DNA of 64,000 nt from Candidatus Latescibacterota bacterium (lineage in GTDB: Bacteria > Latescibacterota > CBDEFO01). A program made the position numbers and the translations under genes. Below, piece by piece: positions 43,495-54,208 of the stretch. The notes under the pieces are model-generated. The model ran no database searches. It saw only the letters and a program-made list of their open reading frames with translations, and was not told the origin of the DNA. Each line of letters begins with the position of its first letter. Position 1 is the stretch's first letter. Where the stretch lies: NCBI GenBank assembly GCA_965248755.1, contig OZ252149.1, positions 160,001 to 224,000 of the forward strand, in the 5' to 3' direction.

Positions 43495-44490
43495 ATGGAA
43501 ACTATCGATTACCGGAACTTGGACCGCGATATCTGGGAAAAGGAATTGGAGAACTATGTACCCTCTGTAATCTACGACATGCACACCCACATCTGGTCCG
43601 AGGCACATAAAGGCGCATCGGAAGACCCTCCCACAGGTCAACGCTGGGAGGTAGATTACCAGGTCCATCTGGCGTGGGCGGCAAAACTATATCCCGATCG
43701 CGAGATGCATTACCTGATCCTGGGGTATCCGATACAGGGCATAGATAAAGGGGGTCACAACGCCTGGATGGCGGCCCAGATGGAGGCAGATCCTCAGTCG
43801 GCAGTAAACATGTTGGTCACCCCGGATATGAGTCCTGACTACGTCGCGGCTCAAGTAAAAAAGCACAACTTCCTTGGATTAAAGCCCTATCGTATCTTCG
43901 CCCCCGATCCGATCAATTGTCGGATTCAGGACTTCCTGCCTGAGTCCTTCATCGAGGTAGCGCACGACATGGGGCTGTCGATCACCATGCATCTTTCCAA
44001 GAAAACGGGGGCTGCTGATCCCGAAAACCTTAAGGATCTGCAGTACTACACGAAAGAGTACCCGAAGGCCCAGTGGATCCTGGCACACTGTGCCCGGTCC
44101 TTCAACGCCTTCATTATGGAGGAGTCGATCCACGTACTCAAGGACATGCCGAATATCTGGTACGACACTTCGGCGGTGAACGACATGTACTCGCACTATC
44201 TGCTGATGAAACATGAGGATAGAAAACGAGTGATGTTCGGCTCGGACAACATCCTAGCCGGGTGTGCTCGCGGCAAGTACATAACCTACGGCCGAGCCTG
44301 GGACTACTATGGAGGTTCTCCGGAAGTTTCTCACTGCGATCCCACACCGACGTTTGTGATTTACGAGCAGTTGCGCCAGGAACGGCAGGTAGCGGACATA
44401 TTAGGGTTGACTCAAGAGGAGATCGAGGATCACTTCTCACGGAACGCCGTGCGTTTTATCGAGGGGATGAGATCAAGTCGAAGCGGATGA
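43495..44490 (+). CDS. Amidohydrolase family protein
   Basis: Motifs YDMHTH, GLKPY, ILAHCAR, WYDTS, MFGSD. Confidence 0.9.
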   Translation: METIDYRNLDRDIWEKELENYVPSVIYDMHTHIWSEAHKGASEDPPTGQRWEVDYQVHLAWAAKLYPDREMHYLILGYPIQGIDKGGHNAWMAAQMEADPQSAVNMLVTPDMSPDYVAAQVKKHNFLGLKPYRIFAPDPINCRIQDFLPESFIEVAHDMGLSITMHLSKKTGAADPENLKDLQYYTKEYPKAQWILAHCARSFNAFIMEESIHVLKDMPNIWYDTSAVNDMYSHYLLMKHEDRKRVMFGSDNILAGCARGKYITYGRAWDYYGGSPEVSHCDPTPTFVIYEQLRQERQVADILGLTQEEIEDHFSRNAVRFIEGMRSSRSG

Positions 44491-44723
44491 GCCGAACTTC
44501 CTAGTTCTTGAGAGTGGTCTGCATCGCTATGGCTGCCTCATCGAGTAGCTGACTGACTTCACCGGGAGGCATTCCTATATCGAGCAGATGATCGGTGAGT
44601 CCTGTCGGATCATCTCATACAATAGCCGCAACAGTGATTACTATTTTAGTCTGGCATCCACGTGGATGTTGGTCATAGTCGAGAAGAAAGTAGAGCTATA
44701 ACGATTGACGAGGCGAGATAAAA

Positions 44724-46136
44724 ATGCCGGTAGATAAACTAAAAGAAACGTTTCAAATAGAACTTCAAGAATTAAGGAAAGAAGGAAGATTAAAACCTCC
44801 CGAACGTGTTATTGTAGGATATGCCTCACCAGGTGACGGTTTGGGTCCAAGATTTTTGTTGGAAGATGAGGAGGATAAGAGATTTCTAAGGTTGAACTCA
44901 AATAATTATCTTGGATTAGCCCAAGATCGGAGATTAATTGAGGCAGAAAGAGCGGCATCAGAAAGATTGGGCGTTAATCCTGGAGGGGTAAGATTTATTG
45001 ACGGTACAACAGTTTATCATAGAGATTTAGAATTAGACTTAGCAGATTTTCATGGAACAGAAGCAGCGAAGATCTTTAGTTGCGCATATATGGCAAATTT
45101 AGGAGTTGCACTAGCTTTAATGAATAGACAGACATATGTGATCAGTGATCAGCTTAATCATAATAGCATTGCCAGAGCAATAAGGATTGCCGGTGTACCC
45201 TCTGAGAATAAGGGTATCTACCTACACAACGATGTGGGGCAATTAAGAGAGGCTTTAGAAACTGGCCACGATCTGCTTAGCAGGGCAATGATAATGATTG
45301 ACCAAGTCTTCCATATGGGAAAGGATGAAAGTGCCTTACCAGATTTAGTAAATATCGCATTGGATATCGCTGGAGTTCCATCAGAGCAACACGGAATCTA
45401 TCAACATGGCAATATGAGAGGATTAGAAGAAAGATTAGAGACTATGCCTCCCGAAATAGAAAGAGTAATCATAATCTTTGACGGAGTCTTTAGTATGAGG
45501 GGCAATTACGCACCTTTGGCAGAGATAGTGGCTGCAGCAAAAGAATATAATGAGAGATTCAAGGATGGTGTGATAACGATTATGGATGATTCTCATGGTA
45601 CTGCAGCTTATGGAGAAACTGGAAGAGGGACTCCAGAAGTTACTCAAGAAAATGGTGTTGATATTATTACAAGCACATTAGGGAAAGCATTTGGAGCAGA
45701 AGGCGGCTATGTTGCTGGCTGTGAAGAAATAATCGAAATTGTCAGACAAAAAGCGGACACTTACATCTTCACAAACCCCATTTCACCCGGTCAAGCTAAT
45801 GCAGGAATTGCCGCTGTGAATATCATAAATAGTCAAGAAGGCAAGAGAATGCTTGCGCGATCAAGAGAAAACACCCAGAATTTTAGAGAAGGAATACAAA
45901 ATATAGGATTTGGTACTATTCCAGGGATTCATCCAATTATTCCTGTCCTAATAAGAGACACGGCCGAAGTTAAGAGAATAGTAAATGAACTTTATAAGAG
46001 AGGAATTCTGGTCACTGGTTTAGTTTCTCCTGTTGTGCCTGAAGGCGATGAAACAATAAGAGTCCAGATTTCAGCTGCACATACCAGAGAAGATTTAAAT
46101 TACGCTCTTGATGCATTTGAAGAGGTCAAAAGATAG
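44724..46136 (+). CDS. kbl: Class II PLP alpha-oxoamine synthase (Kbl/BioF-like) with internal duplication
   Basis: Motifs SNNYLGLA, GVRFIDGT, SDQLNHNS, FDGVFSM, DDSHG, STLGKAFG; adjacent to a tdh-like gene. Confidence 0.8.
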   Translation: MPVDKLKETFQIELQELRKEGRLKPPERVIVGYASPGDGLGPRFLLEDEEDKRFLRLNSNNYLGLAQDRRLIEAERAASERLGVNPGGVRFIDGTTVYHRDLELDLADFHGTEAAKIFSCAYMANLGVALALMNRQTYVISDQLNHNSIARAIRIAGVPSENKGIYLHNDVGQLREALETGHDLLSRAMIMIDQVFHMGKDESALPDLVNIALDIAGVPSEQHGIYQHGNMRGLEERLETMPPEIERVIIIFDGVFSMRGNYAPLAEIVAAAKEYNERFKDGVITIMDDSHGTAAYGETGRGTPEVTQENGVDIITSTLGKAFGAEGGYVAGCEEIIEIVRQKADTYIFTNPISPGQANAGIAAVNIINSQEGKRMLARSRENTQNFREGIQNIGFGTIPGIHPIIPVLIRDTAEVKRIVNELYKRGILVTGLVSPVVPEGDETIRVQISAAHTREDLNYALDAFEEVKR

Positions 46137-46148
46137 TGAAATGGAAAA

Positions 46149-47294
46149 ATGAAAGCATGGGTCTACGATAGAAACTTAGATGGGATTCCAATCGAAGGAA
46201 GTAGTGATAAGGTGTATCTAGTATTAAAGGATAAACCAATTCCAACTATTGAGGATCCAAATACTATTCTTGGGAGAGTTATAAGAACTTCAGAATGTGG
46301 TACTGACATCCCACTTGTTACAGGCAAATTCAAGCATGCCGAGAGCGGCATTACTCCAGGGCATGAAATGTGTATTGAAGTAGTAGATAGAGGAAAGAAG
46401 GTAAAAGGAAAAGATCCAGAAACCTTGTTGGCTGTTGAGTCGCACTATATTGTACAGGGTACTGAGGCGGAAGAAGAAGGCATAATTGGGTTATGGGGGC
46501 CCAAGACAAAGGATAATATCTATTCCAGACCAATGAACGGCTCTTTTGCAGAATACGTATTAGTTATGGACTACTGCACTTATGAGATTCCCAGACAACT
46601 TCTGGATCATTTTTGCCCATCGTTGTTGGAGGCTGGTGGAAATGATTACCTAATTGCAAAATACTTAAAGGAGAATAAGCTATTGGGGAAGGTAGCAATT
46701 GTTGGTTGCGGGCAGCACGGTTTATATACACAGATGTTTGCAAAATACATGGGATGTGAACTACTAGCTGCATTTGAGATCGATCCTAAGAGAATAGAAT
46801 TTACAGGAACTTTTGGGCAAGCTGACGTTATTCTCGATTCCAGAGATACTTATGTAGATCAACAAGTTCAAGAATATACTCAAGGACAGGGATTTGATTC
46901 TGTTGTTGATACTGCAGCTAAAAGTAGGAAAACCCTTAAGAGTTGTGTTGACATGTTAAAAGAAGAAGGAACTTTGATTTTGTTCGGACTTTATGATGAA
47001 GTTGATGTGCCCTTGCTTAGAGAGGAAACCACAGGGAAAAACCACGCAGTGAACGACATAATATTTGGGCAATTAGAATTCCGGACCAGATTAAATGAAA
47101 AGAACTTTTACGTTCGAGGCATCACAGGAAGAAAAGGTGTTTGGGAAGAATTGATTAGCCTGGTAACTAATAGAAAAGACATCAGAGCCAAGATGATGGA
47201 ACTGGTGCCACAGGTAAAAAGTTTGGATGAATTACTTCACGATTTGACTCATCCCTGTGAAAATATAAGAAAACTAGCTTATTTTGGTCATTAG
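46149..47294 (+). CDS. Zn-binding MDR alcohol dehydrogenase, Tdh-like and divergent
   Basis: Motifs CGTD, PGHEM, VESHY, GSFAEY, GCGQHG. Confidence 0.75.
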   Translation: MKAWVYDRNLDGIPIEGSSDKVYLVLKDKPIPTIEDPNTILGRVIRTSECGTDIPLVTGKFKHAESGITPGHEMCIEVVDRGKKVKGKDPETLLAVESHYIVQGTEAEEEGIIGLWGPKTKDNIYSRPMNGSFAEYVLVMDYCTYEIPRQLLDHFCPSLLEAGGNDYLIAKYLKENKLLGKVAIVGCGQHGLYTQMFAKYMGCELLAAFEIDPKRIEFTGTFGQADVILDSRDTYVDQQVQEYTQGQGFDSVVDTAAKSRKTLKSCVDMLKEEGTLILFGLYDEVDVPLLREETTGKNHAVNDIIFGQLEFRTRLNEKNFYVRGITGRKGVWEELISLVTNRKDIRAKMMELVPQVKSLDELLHDLTHPCENIRKLAYFGH

Positions 47295-47514
47295 AAGAGA
47301 AAAAGGGAAGGATCACCCCTCGAATCCTCTCCATAGTTCAGCCACCTTTCACGTTAGTGTTGTTGACAAACAAGCTCGTCTGGAAAGATAGAATATACGT
47401 CATTAATCCAGCCCACGGAGTAGATAAAACATGTTTTGTAAGTGGGCAAGATGAGCTACATTAACTGATCACCATTTACGCAGGGAGTTCTTCCACGGCA
47501 AGCTACACCTGAAG

Positions 47515-47700
47515 TTGATTGATGAACTGCCGAAAGACTATAAGATTCCGGAAGATAAAACGGGAGAACATGGTCTGTTGAAGGAGTTGACCCAAGCCAT
47601 CTTTGAGGGCGCTCTGGATTCCGAATTTACGTGTGAACTAGGCCACGAGAAGAATTCGTTCCAAGCGATAAATGGCCGTCATTCACGTAACAGAATTTTC
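47515..47700 (+). pseudogene. IS256-family transposase N-terminal remnant
   Basis: Reads IDELPKDYKIPEDKTGEHGLLKELT...ALDSEFTCELGHEK...SRN. Confidence 0.75.
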
Positions 47701-47838
47701 TGTGGGAGCTCGCTGCTGGAGCGTTTAGTTTGACATATAGGTCCTTCAGAATTGACAGTTAGACATTTTGATCCGAGTGGCTGGATGAACTGACGTTGAG
47801 ACGTACTCTGTCGATGGTATACAAACAGGAGGTCCACG

Positions 47839-48510
47839 ATGTTAAATATAGGGATGGTTCTGACCACCTTTACCGCGCTGCTTCCTATTGCAAATCCTTT
47901 CAGCACGGCACCAGTGTTCCTGGCCATTACGGATGGAGACTCGGAAGAAAAGCGAGCACAGCAGATCCGGATGGGCATTATTTACATGTTTGCCATTCTA
48001 GTCGTATTCCTGGTTGCCGGGACCATTATCCTTAACTTTTTTGGGATTTCGATTCCGGGACTCCGTATCGCCGGTGGAATCATGATTGTCCGTATTAGCA
48101 TCCAGATGCTCAACCCTTCGCGAGAGGACGAACAGACACCGGAAGAAGAAGCAGAGTCCAGACAGAAGAAAGATATATCTTTTACCCCTCTGGCCATGCC
48201 CAGCCTGAGCGGTCCGGGTGCGATAGCTGTCACCATCGGGCTCACGTCACAGGTCCAGCATTGGTTGGATTACGTTGCTATAATCTGCGGCATATTTGTC
48301 GTCTGCCTGTTCTGTTTCGTAGTGCTCCGTAGCGCCAGCAAGATCGTAGCCTTTATGGGCGCTAACGGCATGAATGCCATGACTAAAATCATGGGATTTC
48401 TTTTGTTATGCGTGGGAGTTCAGTTTGTGGTAAATGGAATCAAGGGGATCGTCATGGATCCTGAATTTCTGAAAGGGCTCGTGGAGGCGTACAACTCCTT
48501 GTCTTCGTGA
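47839..48510 (+). CDS. MarC family membrane protein
   Basis: Motifs IANPFSTAPVF, LRIAGGI, PLAMPSLSGPGAI, KIMGFLLLCVGVQF. Confidence 0.95.
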   Translation: MLNIGMVLTTFTALLPIANPFSTAPVFLAITDGDSEEKRAQQIRMGIIYMFAILVVFLVAGTIILNFFGISIPGLRIAGGIMIVRISIQMLNPSREDEQTPEEEAESRQKKDISFTPLAMPSLSGPGAIAVTIGLTSQVQHWLDYVAIICGIFVVCLFCFVVLRSASKIVAFMGANGMNAMTKIMGFLLLCVGVQFVVNGIKGIVMDPEFLKGLVEAYNSLSS

Positions 48511-48754
48511 CAGCGGCTTCCATTCACCCCGGGACGCCGAGCAAGTTGAGGAGTCAATAGAAGCTAAGTTCAAGGTGGTGACATTTGCGTCCGGACTTGC
48601 AAGCCGTAGCAGAACAACTGGATAATGTAGGGTAGATTGGATATCACACCGAAAAGACCTCCTCTTGTTTGAAAAAGTTTCAATTAGTCGGGTCTTACGA
48701 GCTGTCCAAAAGAATCATTAGCTTGAGGAGGCCCCAGACAGGGAGTTATAGAAC

Positions 48755-49029
48755 ATGTTCAAGATCATCGAAAGCTGTAGGCGCACCCAACCGCCGGCCT
48801 GGGCCGTGCTGGAGCGGCAATTGATAGAAACCATAGTTAAGGCGGCACCGATTTTCCTGGAGAAGTACACTCGGCCCGGCGGGACACTGATCTGGAGGAA
48901 GGACTACCCAGGAGACTGGATCTGGACAGATCATCTTTACGAGTCTTTTTTCAACTGGACACTATACACTCTCTGGGCGGAAGCCACTATACTGGCACCA
49001 TGGCCGTCCAGGAGTGGAATGCCTTCACC
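48755..49029 (+). pseudogene. N-terminal remnant of a hypothetical protein
   Basis: RBS plus a coding-like ORF (PPAWAVLERQL...YESFFNW), frameshifted and fused to the epimerase tail. Confidence 0.5.
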
Positions 49030-49262
49030 CGCCACATCCACCTTCACGACTTCCGCGACGGAGTAGACCATCACGCTCCGTTCGACGGTGACATTCAATG
49101 GTTGGAGATCTTCCAGTCGCTTTACGACATCAGCTATAAAGGACTCATCCAATTCGAACCGTCTCCCCCACCGCGCTCTGTGGATGCCCTCCCTGAGATC
49201 AAAGACGTGCCCAAAACAATCATGGAAATGCACGCGCAACAGGATGGATAATTGCTCCACTT
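49030..49262 (+). repeat. Diverged duplicate of the 3' end of the downstream epimerase gene (49917-50150)
   Basis: HLHDF...HAQQDG* and the following TTGCTCCACTT are repeated. Confidence 0.9.
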
Positions 49263-49301
49263 CAAACCATACCGTAATATTAAGGAGGACACTTAAAAAA
49301 C

Positions 49302-50138
49302 TTGGCCTTCTACACTGAGAAAGAGATCAGGAATCGCCTGGCGGTGTCGACATATATTTTTCGCCGCAAAAGGCCTTTGGATCGAGAGACGTTGGGGGAG
49401 ATCAAAAAGAACGACATCGGGACTATTGAGATCGGCTTCCCCGAGGATCCCGATCACTTTGCACTGGACGATCCCAAGTCGATGAAGATAATCAAGGATA
49501 TATGCAATGATCTTGGACTCGCCGTCGGGACGTATCATTCCGGCAAAACCAACTTTGAGGTGGACAGCGAAGCCGAAAGGCGCAAAAGGGTGGATAATTG
49601 CAAAAGGCAGATTGGCACACTGCTGTGGATGGGCGGAAATATCTGGGGATGCCACGGGCGCGTCAAGACACCTGCCACCTGGAAAAGCTTCGAGGAACTC
49701 CTCCGACACTGCGAAGGAGAGGACGTGCACCTACTGGTCGAGAACTTCGGGCCGGGACAGACCATTGAGGACAACATAGAGTTTATCAACTCCATCGGTC
49801 ATCCTCAGCTTGGGATGATCATCGACATCGGGCACGTGCGCAATTCAGAAGGTAAAAACCCTATGACATTTTCTGGAGTCCCAACCGAAAAGTTCCATAA
49901 GGTCAGTTCCAGACTGCGCCATGTCCACCTTCACGACTTCTACGATGGGATAGATCACCGCGCCCCGTTCGACGGCAATATGCCGTGGCTGGAGATCTTC
50001 CAGGCGCTTTACGACATCGACTATAAGGGATTCATCCACTTTGAAGTGGCTCCCCCGCCGCGCTCTGTGGATGCCCTCCCCAAGATCAAAGAGGTGCCCA
50101 AAAAGATTATGGAACTACACGCGCAACAGGATGGATAA
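49302..50138 (+). CDS. Sugar phosphate isomerase/epimerase (TIM barrel)
   Basis: Motifs LLVEN, IDIGH, HVHLHD, IHFE. Confidence 0.9.
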   Translation: MAFYTEKEIRNRLAVSTYIFRRKRPLDRETLGEIKKNDIGTIEIGFPEDPDHFALDDPKSMKIIKDICNDLGLAVGTYHSGKTNFEVDSEAERRKRVDNCKRQIGTLLWMGGNIWGCHGRVKTPATWKSFEELLRHCEGEDVHLLVENFGPGQTIEDNIEFINSIGHPQLGMIIDIGHVRNSEGKNPMTFSGVPTEKFHKVSSRLRHVHLHDFYDGIDHRAPFDGNMPWLEIFQALYDIDYKGFIHFEVAPPPRSVDALPKIKEVPKKIMELHAQQDG

Positions 50139-50198
50139 TTGCTCCACTTTAAAGAGGAGCTAAAGTCATCAATCTACTCACTGAAAAGGGTGTTTCAA

Positions 50199-50306
50199 AT
50201 GCGTTACGTAAATGTCAAGATGTTAGGGGGACGCACAGATGAACAGAAGAAAAGGCTTGTGGAGGCTATAACAAAGGATTTGGTGGAAATATGCAACATT
50301 AAGTAG
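50199..50306 (+). pseudogene. 4-oxalocrotonate tautomerase family remnant
   Basis: MRYVNVKMLGGRTDEQKKRLVEAITKDL; catalytic Pro1 is replaced by Arg and the ORF is truncated. Not in the ORF track. Confidence 0.75.
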
Positions 50307-50429
50307 TTTGATAAAACTTGCTGGCTTTATGAAGTCAGTAGATAGGTGAAATTGCTTCTTCCTCTAAGCTGTCTACTATCTTGGATCCTATAATCTTGTC
50401 CAGACTATTTTCACGCGAAGCTTAGAATG

Positions 50430-50600
50430 AGATCAAGTGGTTCTTGATCGAGAAAGGAAGGGACCATTTCAAACGTGGCCGGCAGCCGGCTGGCTTCGTT
50501 CTATGCGGGAATGATGATGCTCAGAAATGGTGTGTTTTCGACCTGTGATGACTGAGTTTGAATCACAAGATCAGTTTCTTGTACGAATGGCTTCATTATC
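50430..50600 (-). pseudogene. GT2 glycosyltransferase N-terminal remnant
   Basis: Reads PFLSIIIPA*NEASRLPATF, i.e. the IIPAYNE motif with a stop. Confidence 0.75.
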
Positions 50601-50910
50601 TTACTCTCACCCGTGTCTTGGGTCAACTCTTCGACCATGATTGGCTTGACAATACGCCATTGATCTTGTATAATGGAGCCATGTGTGCTGAATGGCGAGA
50701 TTTCCTCGTTATCCATTGCGGGATTCCCATTTCCAACTTGACGAAAGATATTTACATGAAACCGAGATTCGAAGTACAAAGTCGCTTTCGGAAATATGGA
50801 GCGCCGGCCGTGCGAGCGGCTGTCTTGCGTGATTCGTAATTCGTGACTGACGTACAAAGTCACGCGTCTCGTTTCACGTCTTCAGTCCACCACCACGCGG
50901 AGGTGTAGCG

Positions 50911-51774
50911 ATGCGACTTGGCATAGTCGGCTTCTTTCCCAATGATTTAGACGCTATTGATGATCGTGCGGCCGCGAGAATTACCAGTTTAGGCTTTAGC
51001 GGTATTGGTATCCATCTGGCGACTGATCGAGAGCCCTTCTCTCCCGCCGCATTTCAAAATGCACGATCTGTATTTGCTAATCACGGTATACGGGTCGTGC
51101 AAGCCTGGACAGTGCCACAGGTCATTGTTTCCCCTGGTGGCTCAAATCGTGATGAGGCCGTTCGGCAGTTGCAGAATACAGTCAAATTCGCGGCCGATCT
51201 TGGTGCAGACATGGCCGGCATTAGACCCGGAAGCATGAACCCGGCTGGCGCCTGGACACCACATCCTGCAAATCATTCACCTGAAGTAGAGGATGCCATT
51301 GTTGACATTCTGCGACAAGCTGTTTCTGCTTGCGAGGTTCATGGCATTCCGTTTGCTTTCGAAACCCACGTCATCAGTCCTCTAGATAGTCCGGAGCGGA
51401 TCAAGAGAATCATCGAACGCACCGAGTCTCCGTGGGTTAAGTTGAGTCTAGATCCAGTTAATTTTGTGAGTGATGTTCAGAAGCTCTATGATACAACGTC
51501 TCTGTTGAACCATTTGTTTGATACACTTGGCCCTTATATTATTGCTGCACATATCAATGATGTCTATGTTGAGGATCGATTGACTGTTCATATCAGCGGA
51601 ACGGTGCCAGGCGATGGATTGTTGGACTTTGGCACATTTTTTCGACGATTTGAGGCCCTGTTGCCTGGTGGCTTCGGATTGATCGAACATTTGCCCGCGA
51701 GTTTAGTCCCACAAGCATCTGCATTCGTAAAGAGTAAGCTAGCTGAGTTAAATATAGTGATTCGATCTGGCTAA
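50911..51774 (+). CDS. Sugar phosphate isomerase/epimerase
   Basis: Motifs AFETH, LDPVN, AAHIND, PGDGLLDF, LIEH. Confidence 0.9.
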   Translation: MRLGIVGFFPNDLDAIDDRAAARITSLGFSGIGIHLATDREPFSPAAFQNARSVFANHGIRVVQAWTVPQVIVSPGGSNRDEAVRQLQNTVKFAADLGADMAGIRPGSMNPAGAWTPHPANHSPEVEDAIVDILRQAVSACEVHGIPFAFETHVISPLDSPERIKRIIERTESPWVKLSLDPVNFVSDVQKLYDTTSLLNHLFDTLGPYIIAAHINDVYVEDRLTVHISGTVPGDGLLDFGTFFRRFEALLPGGFGLIEHLPASLVPQASAFVKSKLAELNIVIRSG

Positions 51775-51873
51775 TATTGTGTAGGCTCTTGGGGATTTCA
51801 GGGGATCAACACGCAACGCGGCTTGTCGATCCCAGGATTTCCGTAGGGCCCTTACCGATGGAGGTTTTGTGTA

Positions 51874-52623
51874 ATGATTGATTTAGCCGAAAAAGTGATT
51901 GTTGTGACTGGCGGCGGCCGGGGCATTGGGGGGGCGGCGGCCAGACTATGTGCGATGCAAGGCGCCCACGTTATGATGGCCGATATCGAGAAAGATGAGG
52001 GTGAAGCAGCTGCCGCAGAGATCCGAGAGGCGGGAGGAGATGCCCGATTCTTACGCACCGATGTGCGACATGAGGACGAAGTTGGGAATCTGATGGACCA
52101 CGTGCAAGTAAAACATGGTAAGATGGATGCGTTAGTGTGTGCCGCCGGTGTGTGCCGCGGGGCGTATCTGCAGCCAGAAGAAGTGCCTATTGACGTTTTC
52201 GAGGATGTGATCGATGTGAACGTTAAAGGCAGCTTTCTGTGTGCCAAGTATGCGGCGCCTCTTTTGGAAGCAAGTCAGCGTGGTGTTGTGGTGCTGATCG
52301 CATCCGGCGCCGGCGTCAGAGGTCCGAGTTCATCAATTGCGTATGCTACGAGCAAAGGCGGTGTCAACGGTCTTGGCATAACGCTAGCCAAGTATCTTGA
52401 ACCACGAAACATTCGCGTAAACGTGCTGTGCCCAGGTTCGATTGAAACGGTGATGAAGCTAGAAAACATCGCGGAGGCGGCTGAGCGCCAAGGTCGATCC
52501 CCTGAGCAAGCTGTCGAACAAGCGAAGAAGGAGCTCGGGTCACCAGATGGTGTCGGACGCGTTATTGCCTTCCTGGTGTCGGATGCTGCGGACTACGTGC
52601 GAGGCACACTTTTCACGCGCTGA
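51874..52623 (+). CDS. SDR family oxidoreductase
   Basis: Motifs TGGGRGIG and YATSK. Confidence 0.93.
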   Translation: MIDLAEKVIVVTGGGRGIGGAAARLCAMQGAHVMMADIEKDEGEAAAAEIREAGGDARFLRTDVRHEDEVGNLMDHVQVKHGKMDALVCAAGVCRGAYLQPEEVPIDVFEDVIDVNVKGSFLCAKYAAPLLEASQRGVVVLIASGAGVRGPSSSIAYATSKGGVNGLGITLAKYLEPRNIRVNVLCPGSIETVMKLENIAEAAERQGRSPEQAVEQAKKELGSPDGVGRVIAFLVSDAADYVRGTLFTR

Positions 52624-52914
52624 CGTTGGCTGTGTGACGCATTCAAATCCGCAGATTACGCAGAAAAACTAATATGAAATCTGCGAGTGATCAGGTGTTT
52701 GTTATGTTGTACGATTGCATGGGTGAATGTGTTCGGCTAATTGAAGCGCGTAAACTCAGGCTTTCAAAGCGTTCTTGATACGCGCCTATTGTTCGAATTC
52801 GGGACGATTCTTGCAGAGGTCATCCAGGGGACAGCAGCCGGATACCATCTTAGTCCTCTTAGTCCTCGATGCCGGTGACCCCACCATCGGAGATGCCCCA
52901 TTAACCGATAATAA

Positions 52915-53182
52915 AACGAATGGCGAAGAGGGACGGTATCACGCTCATGAAACGATCATACAGAGAGTTGTGAAAGAGGCCGTCCGTATAACTGATATCA
53001 CAAAACATATCTCGTCGCACACCTTTCGACATTCTTTTGCGACTCATTTGCTGGCAGATGGTTATGATATTCGCACAGTTCAGGAATTACTCTGGCAAAA
53101 GGATGTCAAAACGACAATGATTTATACTCAAGTTCTAAACTGTTGTGGAAAGAGAGTGATAAGTCCTGCTGACAAGTTGTAG
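52915..53182 (+). pseudogene. intI: Integron integrase C-terminal remnant
   Basis: RYHAHETIIQRVVKEAV...HTFRHSFATHLLADGYDIRTVQELLWQKDVKTTMIYTQVLN...VISPAD; GH replaced by WQ and N-terminus lost. Confidence 0.88.
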
Positions 53183-53258
53183 GGAATGATATTGAATTGG
53201 GGTTTTATACAGTCTGTATATGATTCCTACAAACTTATGATAATTATAACTTAACAGA

Positions 53259-53371
53259 ATGATATTTCTAATATTACAGGTTTTTTCTTAATATTTCAAT
53301 GGGGTCTTATATAGCTCAAATGGCTGTATATAAGTTCTTAGCATAGAAAGCTGTATAAGCCCTAGTTAGGC
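53259..53371 (+). mobile_element. attI-like site, copy B (core GTTAGGC)
   Basis: Lies between the intI 3' end and the first cassette; shared with 24077-24189; internal GCTGTATA direct repeats. Confidence 0.7.
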
Positions 53372-53373
53372 AA

Positions 53374-54141
53374 ATGAACATGTTAAGTGAGCGGCAAGTT
53401 GAGGCGTACGAGCAGGATGGTTTTCTGTCTGGCATTCGGGTGATGACTGATAAGAAGGAGGTGCAGTCTTACCGGGATTCTTTTGATGCACTGGAGGCGA
53501 AAGAGGGACGTGAAAAAGCTCAGACGGGGCTGTTCAACCGACATGTAGATCAACAATTCATCTGGGAGATTGCGACGCATCCGAAGATCCTGGATAGCGT
53601 GGCCGCGATCATCGGCCCGAACGTGCTGCTACTTTCCACGCATTTCTTCTGCAAATATGGGCCGGAGGAAAAGTTCGTGGCGTGGCATCAAGATCTGCGG
53701 TACTGGGGGCTGGAACCGCCAATCGAAGTCTCGGCCTGGTATGCGGTGGACGACAGCGATCGTGGCAACGGGTGCATGCGGGTGATCCCACGGCTGCACC
53801 GGGACCGACTGATGAATCACGGTAAATCAAAGCAGCAAGGCAACTTGTTAAGCATCAATCAAGAGGTCGAACTAACCGAGCAAGAGGAGAAGGACGCAGT
53901 GGATTGTATCCTGCCAGCGGGTGAGATTTCGCTGCACGATGGGATGCTTATCCATGGTAGTTTGCCGAATCGATCGCCGCGACGCCGCTGCGGACTGACA
54001 GTCCGTTATATTCCCACGCACGTCAAGCCGACCGCGGCGGGTCCGCTTGGCATCGATTTAAAGTGGAGACCCATTCTGGTGAGGGGCACAGACCGTGAAA
54101 AGAACTTCAAGGTACAAGGACATCCGTTTCCTATAAGGTAG
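53374..54141 (+). CDS. Phytanoyl-CoA dioxygenase (PhyH) family protein, integron cassette
   Basis: Motifs WHQD, NGCMRVIP, IHGSLPNRS..RR; starts 3 bp after GTTAGGC; R''-like GCCTAAT at 54153. Confidence 0.92.
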   Translation: MNMLSERQVEAYEQDGFLSGIRVMTDKKEVQSYRDSFDALEAKEGREKAQTGLFNRHVDQQFIWEIATHPKILDSVAAIIGPNVLLLSTHFFCKYGPEEKFVAWHQDLRYWGLEPPIEVSAWYAVDDSDRGNGCMRVIPRLHRDRLMNHGKSKQQGNLLSINQEVELTEQEEKDAVDCILPAGEISLHDGMLIHGSLPNRSPRRRCGLTVRYIPTHVKPTAAGPLGIDLKWRPILVRGTDREKNFKVQGHPFPIR

Positions 54142-54208
54142 CCAGGGTCCATGCCTAATCAGACGTTCTACGGACGGGTCTTATTCTTTTCCGAAAGGAT
54201 GTGGTGGT

